DNA of 64,000 bases from the NCBI GenBank assembly GCA_026991605.1, contig JALXBG010000039.1:9099-73098 (forward strand), read 5' to 3'. Each line of letters starts with the position of its first letter. Position 1 is the stretch's first letter. This DNA comes from Sulfurovum sp. (GTDB lineage Bacteria; Campylobacterota; Campylobacteria; Campylobacterales; Sulfurovaceae). Made by a program: the position numbers and the translations under genes. This document shows positions 18,141-28,061 of the stretch, piece after piece. Under the pieces are notes generated by a model. The model did no database searches. It saw only the letters and a list, made by a program, of their open reading frames with translations, and was not told the DNA's origin.

Positions 18141-20206
18141 TAAATACTTTGTACAAAAGAGCTTAATATCTCTTTTTTGTTTCCACCAAAATTAATGAGA
18201 AGTTTATACTCTTTACCTGATTTATTTGCAGCTTGTACACGACCAATACCAAAGATTTTATGTTTAACAAGATCACCTTTTTTAAAGGCAGCCTGCTTGG
18301 TGATTTTAAGACTGGCATCTTTGATGAGACCTGCTTCACCAAGGAAACGGCTTTTGTCTATCATCTTACGACGACCTTTATAAAAACGGCTGTCTACATA
18401 ACAAAGTGTAAGATCAGATTTTGCTCTTGTGATAGCAACATACCCCAGACGGCGTTCCTCTTCCATATTGCATCCTTCTCCAAGCAGTGGAAAGAACTCT
18501 TCTTCTAGACCTATAACAAAAAGATGTTCAAATTCAAGTCCCTTAGCTGCGTGAATACTCATAATAGTAATAGCGTCTTCTTCTATCTGGTCTTGGTCAG
18601 ATTGTAGTGAAATGTCATTGAGAAATTCATCAAGTGTAAGGTCAGGGTTTTTGAGAACAGCATCTCTAAAATATCCATAAAATTCATCGATGTTTAAGAT
18701 GCGATCCATCCCATCAACCATACTTGCATAGTGGTCTTTGAGTTTGATAGATTCATCAAACAGTGTAATAAAATTACCTAGCGCAGTATCTGCTTCATTT
18801 TGTAAGTTATGGATATCTTCTAGTAGTTTGGAAAGTGCTGTCGAGACTTTTTTACTGACAACCAAAGGTAAATCACCTCTGAGTGATGTTTTAATATACT
18901 CAAAAAGTGACAACTTCGCATCAAAAGCAGCATGTTGCAGTTTTTCTATAGAGGCTTTTCCTATCCCACGTTTAGGTTTATTGATGATACGTATGAGAGA
19001 AAAATCATCATATGGGTTTGAAATGACTCTAAAATAGGAGATGATATCTTTAATCTCTGCACGCTCGTAAAATCGCATACCACCAATGAGTTTAAAAGCA
19101 AGTCCAGCTTTGGTGAAGCCCTCTTCTAAAGAACGTGAAAGTGCATTGATACGATACAGTACCGCTATCTCATCAGGATCTGTTCCTTCATCAAGCAGCT
19201 TTTGTATCGCATGGGCGATAGCTTTTGCTTCCATAGACTCATCTAGTGAGTGAAGAAGTTTTACATCTTCGCCTGCACCTTTGTGAGAAGTGAGCTTTTT
19301 GCCTAGTCTTGTAGAGTTGTGTTCTATGAGTGTATTGGCAGCTTTTAAGATGGGTTCAGTTGAACGGTAGTTGGTTTCAAGTTTAACAGTTTTACACTTT
19401 TCAAAGTTGTTTGAAAACTCTAAAATATTACGTATGTTTGCTCCACGCCAGCCGTAAATACTTTGATCATCATCACCGACTACACAAAGGTTATTGTGTT
19501 CTGAAGAGAGGAGTTCAAGGAGTTGAAACTGTAGTTCATTGGTATCTTGGTACTCATCTACCATAATGTACTTATATCGCTCGCTTGTCTCTTTACGCAA
19601 TGCATCATTTTCTGAGAGTATTTTATAAGTGAGCATGAGTAAATCATCAAAATCCACAAGATTATTCTCTTCTATATTGGCTTGATATTTGACATAGATA
19701 TTGGCTATTTTCTTGTAGTCTGGGAGTTCTGCTTTTTCTAACACTACTTGAGGAGAGAGGATAGAGTTTTTGTATTTTGAAATTTCAGAAGCAATGAAAG
19801 AGATGTTTAAATCTATCTTTAACTCTTTGGCAATCGTACGAATGAGACGTTTTTTATCATCACTGTCGATAATCACAAAACCATTGTTTCTCCCTAGTTT
19901 TTCTATATGAAACTTTAAAAAAAGAAGTCCAAATTTATGAAAAGTACATAAAAGTGGTGGGTAGGAAACATGTGAAGGTATAAGTTGTAAGGCTCGCTCT
20001 CGCATTTCTGCTGCTGCTTTGTTGGTAAAGGTAAGCGTAAGGGTATTGGCAGGGTCTATGCCTACTTCTCCCACAAGGTAAGCAAGGCGCGTAGTAAGGG
20101 TTTTTGTTTTCCCCGAACCTGCACCTGCTAAAATAAGCATTGCCCCATCTATATGCTCTACAGCTTCTCGTTGTGAAGGGTTTAATGCATTTAATATCGT
20201 TTCCAT
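18140..20206 (-). CDS. uvrD: UvrD/Rep/PcrA ATP-dependent DNA helicase
   Basis: AGAGSGKT, VDEYQDTN, GDDDQSIYGWRG, HAAKGLEF, EERRL.YVAITRA. Confidence 0.95.
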   Translation of the reverse strand: METILNALNPSQREAVEHIDGAMLILAGAGSGKTKTLTTRLAYLVGEVGIDPANTLTLTFTNKAAAEMRERALQLIPSHVSYPPLLCTFHKFGLLFLKFHIEKLGRNNGFVIIDSDDKKRLIRTIAKELKIDLNISFIASEISKYKNSILSPQVVLEKAELPDYKKIANIYVKYQANIEENNLVDFDDLLMLTYKILSENDALRKETSERYKYIMVDEYQDTNELQFQLLELLSSEHNNLCVVGDDDQSIYGWRGANIRNILEFSNNFEKCKTVKLETNYRSTEPILKAANTLIEHNSTRLGKKLTSHKGAGEDVKLLHSLDESMEAKAIAHAIQKLLDEGTDPDEIAVLYRINALSRSLEEGFTKAGLAFKLIGGMRFYERAEIKDIISYFRVISNPYDDFSLIRIINKPKRGIGKASIEKLQHAAFDAKLSLFEYIKTSLRGDLPLVVSKKVSTALSKLLEDIHNLQNEADTALGNFITLFDESIKLKDHYASMVDGMDRILNIDEFYGYFRDAVLKNPDLTLDEFLNDISLQSDQDQIEEDAITIMSIHAAKGLEFEHLFVIGLEEEFFPLLGEGCNMEEERRLGYVAITRAKSDLTLCYVDSRFYKGRRKMIDKSRFLGEAGLIKDASLKITKQAAFKKGDLVKHKIFGIGRVQAANKSGKEYKLLINFGGNKKEILSSFVQSI

Positions 20207-20318
20207 AAGATGTTACTTCTCCTGCTAATTATATTAATTATACCTTTTAATTGTTTAGAAGTTCCCGTAATTATGTGTATGAAAGGAGAAGAAAAATATA
20301 GAAAATAAAATCATTCTA

Positions 20319-20333
20319 ATAAGAACAACTTAT
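20319..20333. promoter_or_regulatory. LysR-type T-N11-A palindrome ATAAG-N5-CTTAT
   Basis: Perfect inverted repeat upstream of the LysR gene. Confidence 0.45.
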
Positions 20334-20420
20334 GGCATTATTAAGTATAATCTGATATAATAATTTTATTAATTAAATTGATTAAGGTCAATTGTACATA
20401 CAATATTAGGGGACATCGAA

Positions 20421-21323
20421 ATGTTAAAAGATTTTGTAAAATTAGAAACATTTTTAACTGTAGCGCGTGAAAGAAGCTTTTCCAAGGCATCAGCTAAGTT
20501 AGGGATATCACAACCAGCGGTAACACAACAGATTAAATTTATTGAAAAATATCTTGCTTGTAAAGTGATTGAACGTAAGAAAAATGGTATTAAACTCACT
20601 AATGAAGGTGAAGAACTATACAAAATTGCGACAAGATTGGAAAAAGAAATTCACTCTTCAGAGAAAGATATTTTAAAAATCATTAATAAAGAGATTACCT
20701 TTAGATTGGGCGCATCCTACACAATAGGTACCTACATCATCCCCGGACAATGTTTAAATACTATTGGTGAAGCGATTAATAATGATATTAATCTTGATAT
20801 TGATGTGAGTGATAAAATTATTGAAAAGCTGAAAGACAGAAAACTTGATGTTGGTCTTATTGAATCACCAGTAATAGACAATGACCTTATCTATAGAGAG
20901 TGGTTAGAAGATGAGCTTATTGTTGTTTCTAATGTGCCAATAACTAAAACGTTAAAAACAGAAGAGTTGTATGACTTTTCTTGGATTTGTCGTAATGAAG
21001 GTTCACACACAAGACGTGTAGTTTCAGAAGTTTTTGAAGAGTTAGGTGTATCTTGTAAAAGTTTTAATGTACTCTCGGAAGTGAGTAACACAACAACAGT
21101 ACTACAGACACTTAAAAAGAGTGATAGGAATCCTGAAAAACCAGTGGTTTCTATCTTGTCCAAGTATGCTGTTATGGATGAAATAGCAAATGGTGAACTT
21201 TTTGAGGCAAGATTAAGAGGCTATACTATGACACGTAAATTCTTTATTGTTTACTCTAAAGAAAATAAGCATAATGCCTATGTAGACAAAGTTGTAAACT
21301 ACATTTTAGCAGGTCACTGTTAA
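20421..21323 (+). CDS. LysR family transcriptional regulator (CysL-like)
   Basis: SFSKASAKLGISQPAVTQQIK HTH; GAS.TIG.Y; R.EGS.TR. Confidence 0.93.
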   Translation: MLKDFVKLETFLTVARERSFSKASAKLGISQPAVTQQIKFIEKYLACKVIERKKNGIKLTNEGEELYKIATRLEKEIHSSEKDILKIINKEITFRLGASYTIGTYIIPGQCLNTIGEAINNDINLDIDVSDKIIEKLKDRKLDVGLIESPVIDNDLIYREWLEDELIVVSNVPITKTLKTEELYDFSWICRNEGSHTRRVVSEVFEELGVSCKSFNVLSEVSNTTTVLQTLKKSDRNPEKPVVSILSKYAVMDEIANGELFEARLRGYTMTRKFFIVYSKENKHNAYVDKVVNYILAGHC

Positions 21324-21772
21324 GATTTTTTCTTTTTGAGAAGTTTTTTATTCTCAGGGTTATTGAGCAGTGCTTCCATCGATGATTTGTTGGTAGCATT
21401 CTCTTTTTTCTCACCTTCATATTTTGATAAATTAAAGACAATAGGATGATCACTAACAAATACTTGTTTGATACATAGTAGTGGTATGGTTACAGTTGAT
21501 CCAAAATTTTCATTACCAAAGCCTGCTTCAAAACTAAAATAATCTTTATCGATATTTGCACTTTCAAAGGTATACCCACTCAATATAAATAGTACAGTTT
21601 CTTCAAATGAATCTTGAATGCTTTGTGGAAGTTCAGGGGTGAAGCTAATGTATTTAATTTCACAGGCTACTGCGAACTCTTGATTCTTTTGAAACAGATA
21701 TTCAATAGTTTTAAAAATATGCTCTTGCATGAGTTTCTTGTACTCAGGGGTCTGAAAAAGATTAATAGTCAT
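21320..21772 (-). CDS. Conserved hypothetical protein (Campylobacterota)
   Basis: F.L.GYTFES ... FEAGFG.ENF; co-oriented in the cysK-pabC run. Confidence 0.75.
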   Translation of the reverse strand: MTINLFQTPEYKKLMQEHIFKTIEYLFQKNQEFAVACEIKYISFTPELPQSIQDSFEETVLFILSGYTFESANIDKDYFSFEAGFGNENFGSTVTIPLLCIKQVFVSDHPIVFNLSKYEGEKKENATNKSSMEALLNNPENKKLLKKKKS

Positions 21773-22385
21773 AATGTGTACCTCTGTTATCGGTTATATG
21801 GATATTTTTTAGAATTCTAAATCCTATCATAGCATTCATTAAAGCCACTTGTGTGTAGGTGCTAATATTAGCTACTTTTATTTGTTTTGTTTGTAAGAAA
21901 CCTTCATCTAGAAGCTTTTGTCTCATCGTGCCTTTAAGTAATGGATTTTCTGGTGTAATCCATTGTGTTCCATCATAAAATGCGATATTTGCAATACTCG
22001 TATCTGTGAGATATCCATTTTTTTCTATAAGAATATCATCATATACTTCTTCCTTCGCTAAAAGTGAATTTAGTGCATCTCGGTTGGCATATTTATAAGC
22101 ATAATCTACCTCGGATGTAATGATTTTTAAAGAAGAGATAATTTTCGGTATATAAGGGATGTATTCGATAGTATGTATATCTTTTGCGTAGAGAATACGA
22201 CAACGATATAAACCTTTAGGCGGGGGACTAATATGGGTTTTAAGTTCTAGTATATCTGTATCCCCATAAATGGCTTGACGACTTTTCGTACAACGTTCTT
22301 GATGATAAGGTAAGTTGTGGATGACACCATTTTCTATTTTAATAGTTTCAAGAAGAAGTGGTGTATCGTTGATATTTGAAGACAT
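21762..22385 (-). CDS. Aminotransferase class IV / 4-amino-4-deoxychorismate lyase (PabC-like)
   Basis: LLETIK, H..R, TDTSIAN, LLKGTMR, NAM. Confidence 0.82.
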   Translation of the reverse strand: MSSNINDTPLLLETIKIENGVIHNLPYHQERCTKSRQAIYGDTDILELKTHISPPPKGLYRCRILYAKDIHTIEYIPYIPKIISSLKIITSEVDYAYKYANRDALNSLLAKEEVYDDILIEKNGYLTDTSIANIAFYDGTQWITPENPLLKGTMRQKLLDEGFLQTKQIKVANISTYTQVALMNAMIGFRILKNIHITDNRGTHYDY

Positions 22386-23305
22386 TAGTTGTCAAAAAGC
22401 TCTGTAGAAAGGTAGCGCTCTGCAGTATCACAGAGTATAGTGACAATAGTTTTTCCTTTATTCTCTGGACGGCTTGCAAGTATTTGTGCTGCATGTAAAT
22501 TTGCTCCAGCAGAGATACCTATGAGCAAACCTTCTTCTTTTGCAATACGTTGTGCCATAGCAAAAGAGTCTTCATTACTTACAGCTAAAACTTCATCATA
22601 AAGTTCTGTATTGAGTATTTCAGGTACAAAGCCAGCACCGATACCCTGAATTTTATGAGGTCCCGCCTCTCCACCCTCAAGTACGGCTGAAGTTGAAGGT
22701 TCTACAGCAACTATTTTTATATTTGGAAGCTGAGATTTTAGCACTTCACCTGTACCTGTAAGGGTTCCACCTGTGCCTACGGAGGCTACAAAAATATCTA
22801 TGTCTCCATCTGTATCTTTCAGTATCTCAACTGCAGTGGTTTTACGGTGAATATCTGGATTGTCTGGGTTATTAAACTGTTGCAGGACAACAGCATTTTT
22901 TAGCTCTTCTCCAAGCGCATCAGCTTTTACTATCGCACCACCCATACCTTCAAGTGCAGGGGTCAAGACTAACTCAGCACCTAAATGTGTAAGAATTTTA
23001 CGCCGTTCCAAACTCATAGAGTCTGGCATAGTTAGTATGAGTCTCATCCCTTTTGCTGCACAAATTGCAGCCAATCCTATACCAGTATTTCCAGATGTCG
23101 GTTCGATGATAGTTGTACTTTTATCTATTCTTCCAGATTTGAGTGCTTCGTTAATCATATTGAAAGCAATTCTATCTTTCACTGAAGAGGTAGGATTCAT
23201 AAATTCACACTTACCTAAGATTTGCGTTCCCGTCTCAGCAGAGAGAGTGTTTATCTTTACAAGTGGTGTGTTTCCTATGAGTTCTTCAATATTGTTTGCA
23301 ATCAT
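22385..23305 (-). CDS. cysK: Cysteine synthase A
   Basis: GNTPLV, SVKDR, PTSGNTG, GTGGT, HKIQGIG, ERYLST. Confidence 0.96.
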   Translation of the reverse strand: MIANNIEELIGNTPLVKINTLSAETGTQILGKCEFMNPTSSVKDRIAFNMINEALKSGRIDKSTTIIEPTSGNTGIGLAAICAAKGMRLILTMPDSMSLERRKILTHLGAELVLTPALEGMGGAIVKADALGEELKNAVVLQQFNNPDNPDIHRKTTAVEILKDTDGDIDIFVASVGTGGTLTGTGEVLKSQLPNIKIVAVEPSTSAVLEGGEAGPHKIQGIGAGFVPEILNTELYDEVLAVSNEDSFAMAQRIAKEEGLLIGISAGANLHAAQILASRPENKGKTIVTILCDTAERYLSTELFDN

Positions 23306-23353
23306 TCACTATCCCTATTAGGTTTACTTATGTTTAATTAATATATTATCAAA

Positions 23354-23995
23354 TTATTTTTGAGTTAGTGCTTTAAATTCACAATTTTCATCATCATAGT
23401 AGTCGATATATCCATTTTCTAGATCATAATACCATCCATGTAGATAGAGTGTACCCTCTTCAACCCTACGTTTTACAGCTGGATATGTAAGAAGGTTGTC
23501 TAATTGATAGACAACTGAGATATGTTCAGTATATCGTAACATTTTCTCTTTATCATCTTTGTATGCAATTATGCCTACTCTCTTAGCCTCTTTTCCAAGC
23601 TCAAGCCACTTGATAGTATGTATATTTTCTGGGGATGGCGTTATATCTTTAAAGAGTGCAGCAATAGCACCACAATCAGAGTGTCCACATACAATAATAT
23701 CTGATACCTCTAATATACTTACGGCATACTCTATAGCAGAGGCTGTAGCATGAAAGTCTGCATTTGGATTATATGGTGCTACAAAGTTACCAATATTTCT
23801 AACTATAAACAAGTCTCCTGCATTGGAGCCAGTTATCATAGCAGGCATAACACGTGAATCAGAACATCCGATAAACAGTGCTTTAGGATTTTGCCCATCT
23901 TCTACTAGTTTTTTAAAACGTTCTTCACTCTTTTTAAATTTTATTTTTTGAAACTCTTTATGCCCTTCTTCAAATTCTTTTAATCTATTATCCAT
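23354..23995 (-). CDS. Beta-class carbonic anhydrase
   Basis: CSDSR, RNIGN, CGHSDCG. Confidence 0.95.
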   Translation of the reverse strand: MDNRLKEFEEGHKEFQKIKFKKSEERFKKLVEDGQNPKALFIGCSDSRVMPAMITGSNAGDLFIVRNIGNFVAPYNPNADFHATASAIEYAVSILEVSDIIVCGHSDCGAIAALFKDITPSPENIHTIKWLELGKEAKRVGIIAYKDDKEKMLRYTEHISVVYQLDNLLTYPAVKRRVEEGTLYLHGWYYDLENGYIDYYDDENCEFKALTQK

Positions 23996-24995
23996 GTTGT
24001 ATATCCTTTATACTGTAAGCTATAGTCTCATTGGCATACATGGGTACTACATCATTATATATTGCAGGTACAGTAAATGGTTTTTTCTCTAAAATAATGG
24101 TTTTTGTTCTCGGTGTAATACCATAAATTTTTTGTGCATTGCCCGAGACAAATGCCTGTATATTATTAAGTGCATGGTGTTTTTCAAAGAGTTCTGTTAA
24201 AAGTTGTAATGCTATGGGTGCTGTAAAGACACCCGCAGCGCATCCACAGTTCTCTTTTGCATGTTTTGGGTGTGGTGCAGAGTCAGAACCAAACATTACT
24301 TTTGGATGTGCTTCAAGTGCAACTTTAAGTAAGGCTTCCCTGTCTTCTGGACGTTTGGCAATAGGTTTACAAAAGAGATGTGGTTGTAGCATCCCTCCTG
24401 CAACGTCATCAAGTGTGAGAAGCAGGTGATGTATGGTAATTGTTGCATAAAGATTTTCATGTTTATCAAGTGCTTTCACACTCTCTTTAGTAGTGATGTG
24501 TTCCATAATAATTTTAAGTTTAGGAAAAGCATTTGCCAGACGTTCATAGATACTGACAAACTCTGCTTCTCTATCCATTACAAAACCATTGGTCTCTCCA
24601 TGTACACAAAGAGGAATATTTAGCTCACTCATCGCTTCAAGGGTAGGGCGTAACTCCTCAACATCAAAACCGCTGACACCGCCTTCGGAGTTAGTGGTAA
24701 TACCAGCAGGATAGAGTTTAATAGCAGTAATCTCATCGCGCAGACTTTCTAAAAAAGCTTTGTCATAGCTTGGTTTAAAAAAGAGTGTCATATAGGGGGT
24801 AAACTTTTCATCACCAATGGCAGCCAAGATACGCTCTTTATAGGCAATAACTTCTTCTTTTGTACTTACTGGTGGTACAAGGTTGGGCATGATAATAGCC
24901 CCAGAAAAAGTCTGGGCTGAAGCTTTAGCGATATTTTGTAACATATCTCCATCACGGAGGTGTAGGTGCATGTCAAGTGGCGCGGTTAATTGCAT
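23988..24995 (-). CDS. pyrC: Dihydroorotase (type II)
   Basis: DMHLHLRDG, KLYPAG.TTNS, EHITT, FCKP, GSDSAPH. Confidence 0.96.
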   Translation of the reverse strand: MQLTAPLDMHLHLRDGDMLQNIAKASAQTFSGAIIMPNLVPPVSTKEEVIAYKERILAAIGDEKFTPYMTLFFKPSYDKAFLESLRDEITAIKLYPAGITTNSEGGVSGFDVEELRPTLEAMSELNIPLCVHGETNGFVMDREAEFVSIYERLANAFPKLKIIMEHITTKESVKALDKHENLYATITIHHLLLTLDDVAGGMLQPHLFCKPIAKRPEDREALLKVALEAHPKVMFGSDSAPHPKHAKENCGCAAGVFTAPIALQLLTELFEKHHALNNIQAFVSGNAQKIYGITPRTKTIILEKKPFTVPAIYNDVVPMYANETIAYSIKDIQHG

Positions 24996-25341
24996 CAAAA
25001 TCCTTTACGACATAATAGTGTGTGTTAGTTGGTTCCATGCTTTTTGGCACAAACCAATAGAGTAGTTCTATTTTGCCATACTCTGCATTAAAAGTGAGTA
25101 AGCACGAGGGCTTTTGTGGGCGTATCTCCACTAAAGGATAGTCAATACCCCCCTTAAAGAATTGATTGCAACGCAAAATACGTAAACTACTCGCAGCCAA
25201 TGCCTTATGCGGCACATTAAATTCAAACTGCCACTTGGCATACTCTGAACACGTAGGGTAATAGCGACAGTTTGCCGGTAGCATCTTTGAGATGTATTGG
25301 TAGCCTTTGATGGGGGCTATGTAGAAGTTTTTTAGGGTCAT
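24973..25341 (-). CDS. yidD: Membrane protein insertion efficiency factor YidD
   Basis: YQYIS, CRYYPTCSEYA, RILRC...GG.D. Confidence 0.9.
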   Translation of the reverse strand: MTLKNFYIAPIKGYQYISKMLPANCRYYPTCSEYAKWQFEFNVPHKALAASSLRILRCNQFFKGGIDYPLVEIRPQKPSCLLTFNAEYGKIELLYWFVPKSMEPTNTHYYVVKDFDAINRAT

Positions 25342-25628
25342 AGACTAGGTAGGTTTTCCCTGTAAATGGTGATGATGCTAATGTTATCATCATCATGTAA
25401 TTTGTATAGGATAGTATATTGTTGATGTACTAGTTTTCGTATATTTTTTCCAAATTCTTCTGCTGGTCGTCCTAGTCTTGGAAAATAACCCAATGATTGG
25501 CTGATATGTGTTTTCATAGTCAATAAATATTTATCTGCTTTTTGAGCATCAAGGGTAAGCTCATAAATGTAGAGTGCTTGACTTATAAGGTTGTTTGTTG
25601 CCTCATCGGTAAACTGGATGTTAGTCAC
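25338..25628 (-). CDS. ParE/RelE family toxin
   Basis: FP.LGR, IRKL, Y.ILY; follows a Phd antitoxin. Confidence 0.82.
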   Translation of the reverse strand: MTNIQFTDEATNNLISQALYIYELTLDAQKADKYLLTMKTHISQSLGYFPRLGRPAEEFGKNIRKLVHQQYTILYKLHDDDNISIITIYRENLPSL

Positions 25629-25875
25629 GATATGATTTCATTGCAAGTTCAAAAGCTTCATCTATACTCATTGTTTCTCCACGTTCTATTTGTTCGAGAG
25701 ATATTTGTACAGATTTTTTTATCTCAGCATGTGTACGATTATATTCATCCATAGAAAGTACGATGACAGACTTATCATTTTTAGTGGTGATGATAACCTC
25801 TTCATTGTTATCACACACATCATCGATGATAGCTTTTAGGTTGTTTCTCGCATGAGAGTAGTTGACTGCTTGCAT
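25621..25875 (-). CDS. Phd/YefM family antitoxin
   Basis: VNYSHARNNLKAIID.V...EEVIIT....V..LS..EY; start at MQAV with AAGGA SD. Confidence 0.9.
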   Translation of the reverse strand: MQAVNYSHARNNLKAIIDDVCDNNEEVIITTKNDKSVIVLSMDEYNRTHAEIKKSVQISLEQIERGETMSIDEAFELAMKSYRD

Positions 25876-25885
25876 GAAAATCCTT

Positions 25886-25893
25886 TTGTACAA
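25886..25893. promoter_or_regulatory. TTGTACAA palindrome, candidate TA operator
   Basis: Lies between the minus-strand TATAAT and the antitoxin start; TGTACA is the core of the E. coli yefM-yoeB operator. Confidence 0.4.
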
Positions 25894-26060
25894 GATATTG
25901 TCAATTATAGTGGAAATAGGTTTGGATGTCAACGTGATTTATCATTGTTATTTTTGGTTTCAATACAAATTATAACTATTCAAAAACATTTTACTGCTAT
26001 ACTTCAGGTAGATTATTTTACAAAGGTATTTAATCTAAATATATTTTAATAAGGAAAAGA

Positions 26061-26375
26061 ATGAAAAAAATCATTTTAATTTCAACGATTACACTTACTG
26101 GACTCTTTGCAAATGCAATGACAGATGCAGTAATATCAAAAGCTAAAAGTGATGCAACAACAAAAGCTGTTGCACAAGTAGCAGGTAACGATGTTGTAAA
26201 AAAAGAAATAGCAAATAAAGCAGTAGATACTTTGAAAAAGGGTACTTCTGTAGATGCGTTAAAAGATCAAGCAATGAATAAAGCTAAAGAAAAAGCTAAA
26301 GATATGGCTGAAAAAAAAGCCTCTGAAGTTGTAGGTAAAGAGACTGCTAAATCAGTTATGCAATTAACACATTAG
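26061..26375 (+). CDS. Small secreted Lys/Ala-rich helical protein
   Basis: Sec signal MKKIILIS..LFA; AAGGA SD. Confidence 0.75.
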   Translation: MKKIILISTITLTGLFANAMTDAVISKAKSDATTKAVAQVAGNDVVKKEIANKAVDTLKKGTSVDALKDQAMNKAKEKAKDMAEKKASEVVGKETAKSVMQLTH

Positions 26376-26384
26376 GTAATCTTT

Positions 26385-26414
26385 TTAGATGTAAAATGTA
26401 CTTTTTACATCTAA
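26385..26414. terminator. Bidirectional terminator
   Basis: TTAGATGTAAAA-N6-TTTTACATCTAA between convergent genes. Confidence 0.7.
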
Positions 26415-26436
26415 TTTATATTCTTCTCAATCCTTC

Positions 26437-27777
26437 TTAATACATAGACCTCTCTACCATTCCTTTTTGTATAAAATAAGATTCTGACATGTTCACTGAG
26501 TGATAGATAGTTGTTCCATACTTTTTACTATAATATTGTAACAAGAGTTTTTGTAAAGTAGACTCTATAGAAGGATGAAACCAGCCGTTGTTGCTGAGAA
26601 CTATCATATTTTTAGGACGATGGCCCTTTTTGTCTTTTTCATACAGTTTTTCTGAAGTAGCTTCAAAACAGATGGCGTTTCTGTAGGTGATACCGTCTAT
26701 TTTGTAGTCTATCACTTTGTCACTGGCTTTATAGTCTACTGCACCATCATAAAATACTTCATTAACCCAGTCACTTAGAAAATCCGGTAGAGGATTTGCT
26801 TCTCCAAAAGGGACTAAAAGTACCTTGTTAGCAATAGATAGTTGTCCATTTGTAAAAATATAGGTGGAGTTTCGTGGGGTTTTCCCATCCCAATAGAGTC
26901 CACCAGTAATGATAGAGATATATTTGGCTCTTTCTTGGAGTTTACTAAGCAGTGTTTGGTTTCTATTGAGGAAAATAGGAAAGACGGATTCAGGAAGAAT
27001 AACAAGTTTTTTCTTGCTTTCTATGGCCTTGTCTATTTGTTTAAAAAGTGCATCAAATTGCGCTTGATGCAGTACTTTATTCCATTTGTCATGGACAGAA
27101 GTGTGGGTAGTGACAAGTGTAATGTCTTGGGGTATTTTTGGTGTATGGGTAGGTAGTGGTGTATAGGCAAAAAGTATGAGTAGAAGATAGTAGAATTTTT
27201 TCTGCCATAGCGTTAAAATGATGCCCATTAACACGATGCCAAATTGCCATTTTTCGATACCGATATAACTCTCAACAAACATCAGTTCAGGTTTAAACCA
27301 GTCAAAGGAGAAAGGGTGTACATAACTTATAAGCAAAAGTCCTATAGCTTTTATGCCAAGTGATATAAGTGTAGGTCGGGGTGTGCCGTGACGTAAGGAG
27401 GAAATGCCCTTGGGGCACCTCTCCCCGACAAGATAATAAGATACTATCTCCCCCAACCATGAAATAAACATAAAAAGTAAACCATACGTTAGCATGATGA
27501 TGAGTATTTCAATGGGTGTAGCCCAGAGCATATCGTAGTGAATGAGGCTAAGGGCTATCCACCAAAACCAAAAAAGACCGAAAAAGGCACCAGAAGAAAA
27601 CCATACTCCTGTTTCACTTTTAAGAAGTAAATAAAGTGAAATGACACCTAAAGCAGTATGTATCCATACAACCGAAAACCCAAAATAGTTAAGGTAGATG
27701 AAGGCCGAACCGAGTAAGGCAATAAAAAAGCCTCTTATTAACACAAAGGTGGTAAAATATTGTCTAATTTTATTCAT
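26437..27777 (-). CDS. lnt: Apolipoprotein N-acyltransferase
   Basis: Multi-TM N-terminus; LPES, K..LVPFGE, ICFE, SNNGWF; contains a 20-aa REP-derived insert. Confidence 0.93.
   Translation of the reverse strand: MNKIRQYFTTFVLIRGFFIALLGSAFIYLNYFGFSVVWIHTALGVISLYLLLKSETGVWFSSGAFFGLFWFWWIALSLIHYDMLWATPIEILIIMLTYGLLFMFISWLGEIVSYYLVGERCPKGISSLRHGTPRPTLISLGIKAIGLLLISYVHPFSFDWFKPELMFVESYIGIEKWQFGIVLMGIILTLWQKKFYYLLLILFAYTPLPTHTPKIPQDITLVTTHTSVHDKWNKVLHQAQFDALFKQIDKAIESKKKLVILPESVFPIFLNRNQTLLSKLQERAKYISIITGGLYWDGKTPRNSTYIFTNGQLSIANKVLLVPFGEANPLPDFLSDWVNEVFYDGAVDYKASDKVIDYKIDGITYRNAICFEATSEKLYEKDKKGHRPKNMIVLSNNGWFHPSIESTLQKLLLQYYSKKYGTTIYHSVNMSESYFIQKGMVERSMY
27371..27429 (+). repeat. GTAG-type REP element inside the lnt coding sequence
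   Basis: GTAG + GTCGGGG...CCCCGAC outer stem + GGAAATGCCCTTGGGGCA core shared with the intergenic copy at 46952. Confidence 0.75.
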
Positions 27778-27788
27778 GAAGGATTCCT

Positions 27789-28061
27789 ATGGAACAACTT
27801 GGCTCATTTTTACCACTTATTATCTTGTTCGCGATTTTCTATTTTTTGATTATCAGACCACAACAAAAAGCACAAAAGACACATAAAGAGATGCTTGAAA
27901 GCCTTGCTAAAGGTGACAAAATCATCACTTCAGGTGGACTGATTGCTGTGATTGTAAAACCTGAAGAAGATTTTATCAAAATCAAACTAAATGATGACAC
28001 TTTTGTTAAACTTGACCGTGCTTATGTATCTAAAAAGGTAGAAGTCGGTAATGAAGCTTAA
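27789..28061 (+). CDS. yajC: Preprotein translocase subunit YajC
   Basis: FYFLIIRPQQK, KGDKIITSGG. Confidence 0.96.
   Translation: MEQLGSFLPLIILFAIFYFLIIRPQQKAQKTHKEMLESLAKGDKIITSGGLIAVIVKPEEDFIKIKLNDDTFVKLDRAYVSKKVEVGNEA

Noticed and set aside
27777-27789. lnt and yajC head-to-head with an 11-bp gap
   Set aside because: The divergent lnt/yajC arrangement is common in Campylobacterota, so not novel.
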